A stretch of 64,000 nucleotides of DNA from Cyanophora paradoxa CCMP329 (Eukaryota; Plantae; Glaucophyta): assembly GCA_004431415.1 (NCBI GenBank), contig QPMI01000066.1:1-64000 (forward strand), given 5' to 3'. Positions 13,501 through 24,012 of the stretch are shown here, one piece after another. Position 1 is the stretch's first letter; each line of letters starts with the position of its first letter. A program made the translations under genes and the position numbers. Under the pieces are notes generated by a model. That model was given only the letters and a program-made list of their open reading frames with translations, ran no database searches and was not told the origin of the DNA.

Positions 13501-16500
13501 CAGGCGCGTGTCCCGGCTATCTGTCTCGCCCACCTCGCTTATCTAGCTTGCTTGCTCATCGGCGCAATGCTCAGGTCGGGATCAACCCGCCGCACGTGGC
13601 GGCCGCCGTGCGGGGGACCGCCCCGGGCCACTTCCTCTACCCCTTCCGCGTCTTCCGCCTCATCCGCATCGTCCGGTGCGGCCGCAATGCAATCTAAGAC
13701 ACTAAGAATCACAGCAAGGGACTATCGTAGTCCAACACCCGGCCCGCCCCCCCGCGTTTCGCGCCCGCCCTGCCCCGCCCCGCCCCCCGCCTGACGCCTC
13801 TGGGCAGCTACTGCCGCTTCGAGTCCCTTCGCGCCCTCTCCGTCGACGCCATCCGCTCCCTAAAGGTACCCCCCCTCTCTCCCCCCCCCCCCTTTACCGG
13901 CCCTCCTCATCCCTGCACCGCAGAGCATGGCGGGCTTCATCCCGACCCTCTTCGTCTACATCCTCATCTGCTCCCTCTTCGGCATGCAGCTCTTCGGGCG
14001 CGCCTCGGCCCCGCCCCGCCCCGCCCCTCACTAGTAGATTCGATCTTAGATTCTCTAAGAGAGCGCTCTTCGGGCGCGCCCCGCCTTCCGCGCCCCCGCC
14101 CCGCTGTTCTGTCTTGACTCTTGACCTTCCTCTGACCGCCGTTCAGGGGCGCTCTGCCGCCGGACCAGCGCGCCAACTTCGACAGCTTCTACAAGGGCGC
14201 CGTCCTCACCGTCTTTCGCCTCCTCACCCTCGACCAGGTGAGGCCCCGCCCCTCCACCCATACATTTCCATGCATTTCCATCTGTTTCCATCCGTTTCCA
14301 TCCGTTTCCATCTACTAGGCTCGGCTCTTCCCATCTATCTGTCCATTTTCATCCGTTTGCATCCGTTTATATCTATCCATCTACCCCGCCCCCCGGCCCT
14401 CTACCCCGCCCCTCGCCGCTCGGCCCGGCCCTCCTGACCCTTCCTCGCCAGTGGAATGACGTGATGTGGAGCGCGATGCGGGGCACGGGCAACCTCGCGA
14501 GCCCGCTGTACTTCATCGTCATCCAGGCCATCGGCAACTGTGCGCCCGCCCGCCCCGCCCCGCCCCGCCCCGCCCCGCAACGCACCGCTCCGCACCGCTC
14601 CGGCGTTGCTGAACGCGCTGAACGTCAGTCATCGTGCTGAACGGGCTCGTGGCGCTCCTGATCAACTCGATGTTCACGGACGAGACGCGGCAGAAGATGC
14701 AGCGCGAGCTCATGGCCCTCAAGAAGCGCCAGTCCCGCCTCGAGCGCGCCGCCAGCCGCGTCGTCATACGCTCCTTCGTGCGCGACCGACCCGAAGCGGC
14801 GCCCCGCCCCGTCTGACGCGCGGGGGGGCCGTCGGCGGCGCCGCAGAAAGCGGCGCGGAAGCTCGCGCGGACGGAGTCGTTCGAGGAGTTCGAGCGGCGG
14901 CGGCGGAGGATGGCGCGGAGGCTCTCGGCCTCGGCCATGGACGAGCTCATGGCGGCCGCCACCGGCGAGGGCGAGGAGGCCGAGGAGGAGGCGCCGAAGA
15001 AGCCCGTGCACCGCGGCTCGGTCTTCGCGCACCCGCTGGGGGTGTTCGGGGAGCCCCTCCTCGACAGCGACGAGGAGGAGGAGCGCGAGGAGGAGCGCCG
15101 CCGCGCCCGGCGCGCCGAGGCGCAGGGACGGCTCCCGGCGCCGGCCTCGGGGACGGACCTGGCGGGCATCGAGCTGCGGCTCCTGCCGCCGGCCGCCAGC
15201 GTCACCTCCGTCCAGCTCTCCGGCGAGCCGCCCCAAGGGTCCGCGGCCGGGGCCGGGGCCGGGGCCGGGGCCGGCACGCCCCCGGAGGGCGGCTACCGGC
15301 GCTTCCGGCCGGGCTCGATCTCGATCTCGGGCTCGGGCGCGGGCGCGGGCTCGGACGCCCGGCTCGCTGACCGGAGCGGCCCGCCGGCGCCGCCCACGCC
15401 GCCCTCGGGCCGCCTGCCGCAGTCCTCCTCGCTGCAGGTGCCGGCGGCGGCGCGGCCGCCGCGGGGCGTCATCCCGCTCTCGAGCAGCACGAACGGGTCG
15501 CGGCTGGCGAGCAGCGCGGGGGCCGACGGCGGCGTCTCCGTCTCCGTCATCCACTGGAGCAACAGCAGCGAGAACAACGACAGCGGGAGCTCCAACGCCG
15601 CTAGCGACGCGCCCCTAAAGCCGCACCGCGCGGGGCCCCCGCCCCCCGCCCCCGCCGTCCTCTTCCAGCCCGCCGACCCGGACGCCCCGCCCAAGCGCGT
15701 CCTGCCGGCCCCGCCCCCGCTGGAGCTGCCCAGCCCCCCGTCGTTCTCGGGAGGCGCGGCGGGGGCGGCGGGGGTCGCGGGCGCCGGCATGGTGAGCCCG
15801 GACGACAAGCTGTCGGAGGAGGAGAAGCGGAAGCGGAAGAAGATGATCGGGAACGCCGTGCGGGACGCCTTCGGGGGCGTGCGGGTCACGGCGGGGTACC
15901 ACAAGCCCCTCCAGGCGCCCGCCTACACGCCCCTCGTGCGGAAGAAGAGCTTCGACGACGCCGACTGGGACTACCGCAACTTCGAGGTGCGTGCGCCGGC
16001 GGGCGGGCGGGCGGGCGGGCGGGCGGGCGGCGCCTCCCGACCCGTTCGTCTCCGCCGCGGGGCCTTACTGTGCTGCCTTGCGCGCCGAAGAAATCGTCGC
16101 TGGTGAGCTGGCGGGCCGGCTGGTCGCTCTTCCTGTGGAGCCCGACGAACCGCGCCCGCATGGGCCTCCACGCCCTCGTCAAGCACCGCTACTTCGAGCG
16201 GTGCGTGCGAGCGAGCGAAGCCTTCCCTCGCTCGCTCGCGTCAGGGCGCAGCGGCGCCGGCTCACTTACGCCCCCCGCGCTCGCTTGCACCCCACCCCGC
16301 AGCCTGATCATCCTCATCATCATCGGGAGCTGCATCCTCCTCCTCCTCGACTACCCCAACTGCCCCTTCGCCGACGTGCGCCGCCCGCCCCGCCCCGCCC
16401 CGCCCCGCCCCTCCTCTCCCCGCCAAGAGGGAAGATTTTGGGCATGGAAGAAGGGAAGAAGAAGAGGAGCCTCCCTATCCGTCCTAACGCGGCGAGACCG

Positions 16501-19500
16501 GCGCAGAACGTGCGGTACGCCGACGCGGCCTTCACGTGCCTCTTCTGCATGGAGGCAATCATGAAGATCCTGGCGAGCCGGCCCCTCCCCTCTTATTCAC
16601 TCTTCTTCTCTGATCTTCTATATCTTCTGTATAGGCGATGGGGTTCGTGCTGGACCGGGGCTCGTACATGCGGGACCCGTGGAACTGGCTGGACTTGGCC
16701 ATAGCGGTCGTCTCCGCCTCGTCGCTGCCGGAGGTGGCCGAGGGGGGCTCCTCGGGCGGGCAGCGCGCCACCCGCGTCCTCCGCGTCTTCCGCGCCATGC
16801 GGCCCATCCGCCTCGTCCAGCGCTTCCGCGGCGTCCGCGTCGTCATCACATCCATCGTCAAGGCCCTACCCTACATCGGCCGCGTCTCCCTGTCCGTCCC
16901 TGTCACTCGCTTTCTCGCCTCGCCTCACCCTCGCCTCGCCCAGGCTCGTCTTCATCATGTGGGGCTTCTTCGCCGTGATGGGCATGCAGCTCTTCATGGG
17001 GCGCCTATCCTACTGCTCCGAGGTCACGCTGGATCAGGCCGACTGCGTCGGGCAGGCCACCGTCCAGGGCGGCGTGCGCCCCGCCCGCCCCCGCCGCCGC
17101 CGCCGGCCCTCCGCCGCCGCGCCCCGCCGCCGCCGGCCCGCACCGACGCCGCCGCCGCAGGCGCCGATCGAGCGGGAGTGGCGGAGCAACTGGGAGAAGT
17201 GCGCCGCCGCCGCCGCCGCCGCCGCCGCGCGGGGACCGCTGCTGACGGCGCCCCGCGCAGCTTCGACCACATCGGCAACGCGATGATGACCCTCTTCGAG
17301 ATGGCGACGCTGGAGAACTGGTACCCCCCCACTTCTCCCGGCGGCCCGCTCCGCGCCGCCCCGCCGGCTGAGCCGCCCGCCCCCGCGCAGGGTCTTCGTG
17401 ATGTACTCCGCGATGGACTCGACGGGGGTCACGACGGCCCCGCAGGTCCGCTCGCTCGTTTATTCTCAACGACGCGCGTGCGCAAGCAAGCGCATTTCGT
17501 GAATGCACAATTCAGATCGAGTCGAACGTGGCCGCCTCCGTCTTCTTCCTCCTCTTCATCATCTGCGGAGTCTACGTGCGCCCGTCCCCGCCCGACCACC
17601 CGCCTGCCCGCCCGCCCGCCCGCCCGCCTCCTGGTGGCGGCAACCCGGAGCTAGCTAGCTAGCTAGCTAGCTAGCTAGCTAGCTAGCTAGCTTCTCCTCG
17701 GGCTGGCTGACTCGGCCGCGCGCGCGCGCAGGCGGTGATGAACTGGTACATCTCGGTGGTCGTCATGGCCTTCACGCAGGCCCAGGTCCGTCCGACGCGT
17801 TTTCTTTCAATTGCTCCCTTCCCCGCCCGCGCCCCGCCCCACCGCCCCGCCCCGCCCGAGGAAGAAACTTAGCTACAGAAGCTTCAAGGAAGCTTTGACG
17901 AAGCCCCGCCCCACCTCACCGCCCGGCCCCGCAGGAGGAGCTCCGGGTGGAGCGGGACGCGAACGAGTCGCCGGACGCGCTCCACATCGACACGGACGAC
18001 CTCTCCAACGACCAGAAGCAGTGGGCCGAGGTCCGTCCGTCCGAGGGCCGAGGGCTGGTTGCATTGTACGGCGTCAGAAGAAGAGGGCGGGGCAGGAGAA
18101 GCAGCCTTGGACGAAGCCGGCTCGGGCCAACTGACCCGCGGACTCTGCCGCCGCGCGCAGATGCTGCAGCTGGCGATGGACCGGCCCCTCCGGCCCCGCA
18201 TCCGCAAGCCCCAGGCGGCCTGGCGCAAGGCCGCCGACGCCGTCGTCCGCCACAAGTGGTCCGCGCGCCTCCTAAACACTAATCTAATCTAATACTCATA
18301 CTATTACAAATACTAATCAAATCGAATCGAATCCAATCTAAGTGGTAACTAGAACCGAGCCCGATGTACAACTCAAAAACCTAGAGACGAATCAAACCTT
18401 ATCTATCTATCGATCGCCGAGCCTAGACCCGAGCCCGATGAACCCGAGCCCAACCCACCCTCTGCCCCATTCCAATCCATCGATCGCCGCTCACGGCCTC
18501 GCCCCCCCCCCCCCCCCCCCCCCCCGCCCCCGCGCGGCCAGGTTCGAGCCGGCGCTGGTGGTGCTGATCCTGGTCGACGCTGCCGTCCTCATGTCCAACA
18601 GCGCCGACCAGAGCCGCCGCACCGACGAGGCCCTCACCGTCCGCCCCGCCCCGCCCCGCCCCGCCCCGCTCTAACGAAACTGAAGACGTCGTACCTTGCT
18701 AAACTAGAACAGCCGCCCTTCCTCCCTTTCCGATCCGATGCGATCCGACTTGCCTTCGCGCAGTGGACGAGCTTCTGCCTCTCGCTGCTCTTCCTGCTGG
18801 AGGCCCTCCTCAAGATCGCCGCCTTCGGCCTCAAGAACTTCGTTCGCGACCGCTGGCGGTCCGCTCCTCCCCGCTCGCCCGCCCGCTCGCTCGCTCGCCA
18901 AAGACCGACGGCCCCGCCGGCGCCTGCAGGGTGTTCGACCTGGTGATCGTGGTGGTGACGACCGTCGGCTCGATTGTCGACGTCATCTTCCTCTACAACG
19001 TCCAGGAGGGCGGCAACACGGTCCGCCCCGCCCCGCTTGGCTAGGCTAGGCGTGGGGGGAGGAGTAGGCGGGGCGAGGCTAGAGGCTGCAGGGGCCGGGT
19101 AGGCTAGGCGACAGGGGGCCCCGCCCGCCGGCCGGCCCACGGGGGCCGCGGGGCGATAGACGAGACGGGCCAGGCTGGGCCGGCGCCGCCGCCGCCGCTG
19201 AGCGAGCGGCCCCGGCCCCCTCTCAGGTGACGGCGATCCGGGCGGTGCGGGTGCTGCGCGTGGCCCGCGTCTTCCGCCTCTTCTCCCGCACAAAGGTGCG
19301 TCCCCCAGGGGCGTGCGGGGTGCGCCTACTCCGGCTACCTACCTATCTAACTCTCCTCCTCGTCCTCCTCCTCCTCGCCCTCCCCATGGCAGTCCCTCGT
19401 GCTGCTCTTCGACACGGTCTCGGACTGCCTGCCGCGCCTCGGCGAGGTCTGCGCGACCTTCGCCCTCGTCTGGTTCGTCTTCATCATCATCGGCGTCCAG

Positions 19501-22049
19501 GTCCGCCCGCCCGCCCGCCCGCCCGCCCCTCTTTCGTTCGTTTCTTCAGCTTGCGCTAGCGATCGCTGGCTATCTAGGCGCCTCTCTATCTATCTATCTA
19601 TCTATCGCCACGCCCGCCGCCTCCGCCGCCGCCCCCGCTCTCCGTCCGCGGCGTCACCGTGCGGCGCTCGCGCGCTCGCAGGCCTTCGGCACGCGCTTCT
19701 TCGCGGGGAACATCGACCTCCACGGTGCGCCCCGCCCCGCGCGCCCGGCGCCCCGCCAGCGCCCCGCGCCATCTCACCCCCCTTCTCACCTACCTTCGTT
19801 CGCAGTGAACTTCCAGCACGCCGGCTTCGCGGCGACGACGCTCTTCTCCTTCATCACCAACGAGCGCTGGAACGAGATCATGTGGTCTATCACCGTGCGC
19901 CCGTACCCCCCGCGGGCCCCGCCCCGCCCCGCCCCGCCCCGCTCGCTCGCTCTCCTCTCTCCCGCCCCGCCCCGCCCCGCTCGTTCTCCTCTCTCCCGCC
20001 CGGCTCCGCGGCGCGTTGGAATATCACTAGATTCGTGAGAACTCCTTCTCCTGTCAGGCTGGCCAGGAGCTATGAATCTCCGCCCCGCCGCGTGCTCGTC
20101 GCCGACTAGAACCACTGCGAGCATAGCCAAGAACAGTCCCTAAGGCTGGCTAAGGAACTATTAATCTAGAATCACTATAAAAATAGCCAAGTGCAGCAGT
20201 TCGCGGCATGCTTGCTCGGCTGAGCGCCGCGGCAGCGCCCGAACCCGGGGGACTGCCCTGAGGGCCCCGCGGCGTGCGACTACCCCGCCACGAACCTCTT
20301 CTTCGTCCTCTGGATGTGGTTCGGCCAGGTGGGCATCTACCCCCGTCCCCTTCCCCCCCCCTCCCCCCCCCCCCGACTTGGCTCGGCCCGCCCCCGCGCC
20401 CATCAGATTATCTTCATCAACCTGGTCGTTGCCGTCATGGTCCGTGCCCGACCCGCCCCGCCCCGCCCCGCCCCGCCCCGCCCGTGGCCCGCCTGACGCG
20501 CGGGGCGCGTCCGGCAGATCGACGCCTTCTCCGTGAACGTGCGCGAGCGCTACTACCTCGTCCGCAAGAAGTGCGCCCGCCCCGCCGCCCCGCCCCGCCC
20601 CGCCCCGCCGACCGGGCGACCCGCGGGCGTCGGTACGCGCCGAGCGAGCGCGCTTAGAGCGGTCCGAGCGAGCGCGCCTAGAAGAGGGGTAGTACTAGAT
20701 GGGCGGCCCGCCTCCCCCGCCCCGCCGGCCCGCCCCGCCCCGCCCGCCCGGCCTCGCCGCTGATCCCCGCGCCCGTGCCGCCGGCAGCGACATCGCGAGG
20801 TACCTGACGACGTGGGAGATGTACGACCCCAAGGCCACCGCCTCATCGTCGCCCAGGTCCGGCCGTGGAGGAGGGGGGTCGTCCACGAGGGATGGGGCGT
20901 CTAGCGAGCTGCGTTTGGGGGGGGGGGGGGGGGGGGGGGGGGGGTCCGTGGAGAGGGCCGCCCGCGGGGACGTCTAGCGGGCGCCGCGACCCCAAGGCCA
21001 CCGGCCTCCTCGTCGCCCGTGGTCCGTCCGTGGAGGGGGAGGGCGTGGGGAGGGGTCGCCCGAGGGGGCCTCCAGCGAGCCGCCGCCCGCCTCTGACCGC
21101 GCCGCCGCCGCCGCCGTCCAGACGAACCTCGTCCGCCTTTTTAGCGAGCTTTCTAGCCAGCCAGCCAGCGCTGGAGGGGGCGTCCAGCGAGCCGCCGCCC
21201 GCCTCTGACCGCGCCGCCGCCGCCGCCCAGACGGACCTCGTCCGCCTCCTCCGCGCGATCGGCAAGCCCCTCGGCCTCCCGCCCAACGCTTCCCGCGTCG
21301 AGGTCGCCCGGTCCGTCCCGCCCCCTCCCCTCCGCTCCGCTCCCCTCCGCTCCGCCTGCCGCCCCTTCCTCATCTATGTTAGGCTGCTGGGGAGCCTGCG
21401 GATCCCGCTGCTGCACGGCGTCCACGTGCACTACCGCGTGCTGCTGCACGCCCTCATCGACCGGGCCTACATGCTCGCCCTCGTGCCCCTCGTGCCCGAC
21501 GTCGAGCTGGACACGCGCCTCCACTACACCCGCAAGTGCCCCGTGCTCTCCGCTTACATGCCGCCCGGCAACGACACGCTGCACGAGGCGCCCACCGTGG
21601 CCGAGCTCTTCGCCGCCCTGTCCTTGCAGGCCCGCGCCCGCGGCATCCTCGACCGCAAGCGCGTCGCCGCCCTCCGCGTCGGTGGCGGCCAGAGCCGCCA
21701 CGGCCCGGGCACCTCCAAGCCGCACACGGGCATCCGCACGCCGCCGCCCGGCAGCCTCGTCCGCAAGGCCGGCGCCGTCAGCGCCGCCGCCGAGGGGGAG
21801 GAGGAGCGGGCCGTCGTGCGCAGCCCTATCTCTCTCCTCCCACCCGTGCCCGCCCCGCTCGCCCTGACGCACGCACAGCCCGAGGACTACGAGAGCGATC
21901 CGGGGAACAACGAGCACGTCGTGCAGACGCTGATCAAGGGGACCGTCGAGACGGCCAAAGAGGCGACGTCGCCCTCGCGCACCCTCGCCGGCATGTTCTC
22001 CGCGGGCGTCCCCAAGGCCAAGCCCTCCAACCTCTTCGGCCTGATCTAG
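10574..22049 (+). CDS. Four-domain voltage-gated cation channel alpha subunit (Cav/Nav/NALCN superfamily), many exons
   Basis: Four 6-TM repeats. S4 segments: LRTLRVLRTLKSI, PFRVFRLIRIVR, RVLRVFRAMRPIRLVQR, IRAVRVLRVARVFRLF. P-loops: QCLTMSQW, RLLTLDQW, EMATLENW, FITNERW. S2-S3 motifs: YLRSPWN, YMRDPWNWLD, RDRWRVFDLVIV. C-terminal EF-like WEMYDPKATG..LLRAIGKPLG and IQ-like LQARARGILDRKR. Stop TAG at 22049. Confidence 0.95.
17650..17692. repeat. (GCTA)n microsatellite in a channel intron
   Basis: About 10 perfect gcta units. Confidence 0.9.
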
Positions 22050-22406
22050 CCTCTATAGCTAGCTAGCCCCTGGGGCAGCAAGTGGAAGCCAGCCTAGTCT
22101 CCCTTTCAACGCTTCCTTTTCTACCGTATCCTGCGTACAGCTGTACCAACTGCAACGTTTACCAGCTACGTATAGGCCAATCTCGCTTTTTCAATGTTTC
22201 TAGGTGGCGTGTGCGCAGAATTTAAAGACTCTGAGAGCACCGAGCCGTCTTGTTTCTTCTCTAGATCTGCTTTCGAACGCGCGCTGAAGCGGCGCACCGC
22301 TACCGACCTTTAACAAATTAGTCCATGTCTGATTTACTGAAATCAATAAACATTGCAAGTCGCGATATCACACTGTCCGACCCGATCCTAATTATTTATA
22401 TTTAAT

Positions 22407-23620
22407 TTATTGCAAGGGGGGAAAGAAGACCGAAGGTCTTCCCCCCTTGCTTCCCGTTCCCTCGCTTCAGCCAAAATTCTTCTATGAGGCCGTTTTCGAG
22501 GTCCAGTTTGCAACGCAGGAAAAAAATGAGCCAAAATGGCGTTGCGACACGTGTTGGTCGCTGGGAGCGTGCACGCAAAAAGCGGTTTTCGAGGGGGAAA
22601 ACCGGTTTTCTCTCTTTCGATCTTGTCGTCTCTTCGCGACAGCTCTCATCTCCTCTCTCCAGTCTGCAGCTGCAGTCAGAACTCGAGTCTAGAGCAGGTT
22701 GCCCGGCGGTCTGCAGGAACTCGGGGAAAACCAATTTCTAGGCTCTAGATGTAGATCTGAGCTCTCCGGGCCTCTCCTTCGCGCGGCGCTGGGGTGTCAC
22801 GCGGCGGTTGTGCATGGCAACCACTTCTCCCAGCTGTCTCCTCTAAATTTTGCTAGCCTCTCCTTCGCGCGGCGCTGGGGTGTCACGCGGCGGTTTTGCA
22901 TGGCAACCACTTCTCCCAGCTGTCTCCTCTAAATTTTGCTAGCCTCTCCTTCGCGCGGCGCTGGGGTGTCACGCGCGAGGAGGCTTCCCCCCCATCCGCG
23001 AGGAGGTCGTCGCCTTCGCTTTAGCAACCGTCGAAGCACTCGCGGCTGCACGGCAGGATCGCTTCGTCGTTCGCTTTGTCGGGTGCGCGAACATTCATTC
23101 AACTTGTCTGCGCATATCTAGATCTCACCTCTAGATCTGTTTCATGATTGCCACGGCAGGCCGGCGATCGAGGACCTCCACATGGGAGTCCTCAAGCGCC
23201 TCCGTGACGCCGGCCTGGCGGATATCGAAATTCAAGACCTTGTCTACCAGATGCGCGCCGGGAGCGGGCAGCGCGACAGCCGCGTGGCTCTGCGGGCGCT
23301 CGAGGCGGCGGGCCGCCTCACCATGCTCTCGCAAGACGGCCCTCTCCAGGACCGGCGCCGCTGGCTGCCGCTCACCCCCATGTTCGACTTCCGCCCCGAC
23401 CCCCTGCAGAAGGCCTGGATCGCCTATGTTTACGGCCTGGAAAATAGCGGTGTTTATCTTTTTTCAATCTTAATCTGTGTTTATCTTTGCACTTCAACAT
23501 GCCGCGCGCACTGGGTCGGGGTCGATCTGCCGCGCGCATGTAGGTCCCACTACGACTCTTTCATTAGATCCCGGTTCCCCCCTTGCCCCCCCGGCGCGAC
23601 AAACGCGGCCGGGCCACTAG
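22407..23620 (+). mobile_element. Non-autonomous Helitron/Helitron2-like element, copy 2 (shorter)
   Basis: 5' hairpin gcaagggggg..aagacc-gaa-ggtctt-ccccccttgc (22412-22450). A ~86-bp tandem unit starts at about 22771, 22857 and 22943. Subterminal ttccccccttgc at about 23575-23586. 3' hairpin ccggcgcg-acaaa-cgcggccgg, then CTAG (23617-23620) followed by T. Confidence 0.7.
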
Positions 23621-24012
23621 TATGTATACGTACACAATTTTCATGCAAGTCGGGAAATGCGATCTCATGGCATGGTCGAGCCTCGGAGGGCCTCATGCAT
23701 GAGGCCTCGAGCTCACATGACGACGACCCCCCCGCCGTTGACGACGAAGCTCCCGCCGTGCACGCGCACAGACGCGTGCGGCTTCAGGCCCCCCTCCCCC
23801 ATCGCTACCCGGAAGATCCTGCGCCCGATCGATCGCGAGATCTAGAGTCGGCCCGATCGAGCCTCGGAGGAGAGCTAGATCTAGAGCTGCAGCGCTAGCC
23901 GGGCGCGGCGCCGGCCCGGCGCGCGACCGGGCGCGCGCGCTGTAATTTAGAAAATCGAACTGTACATCTTCATTGACGCACAATATTCAGAGGTCCGGGG
24001 TCTAGCCTATAG

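Noticed and set aside
6669-23620. One giant composite transposon with long TIRs carrying the channel
   Set aside because: The two copies are diverged, differ in length and each has its own complete termini. No flanking TSD is visible.
23689-23706. 18-bp perfect palindrome ggcctcatgcatgaggcc
   Set aside because: It is a single occurrence in a palindrome-prone region with no supporting context.
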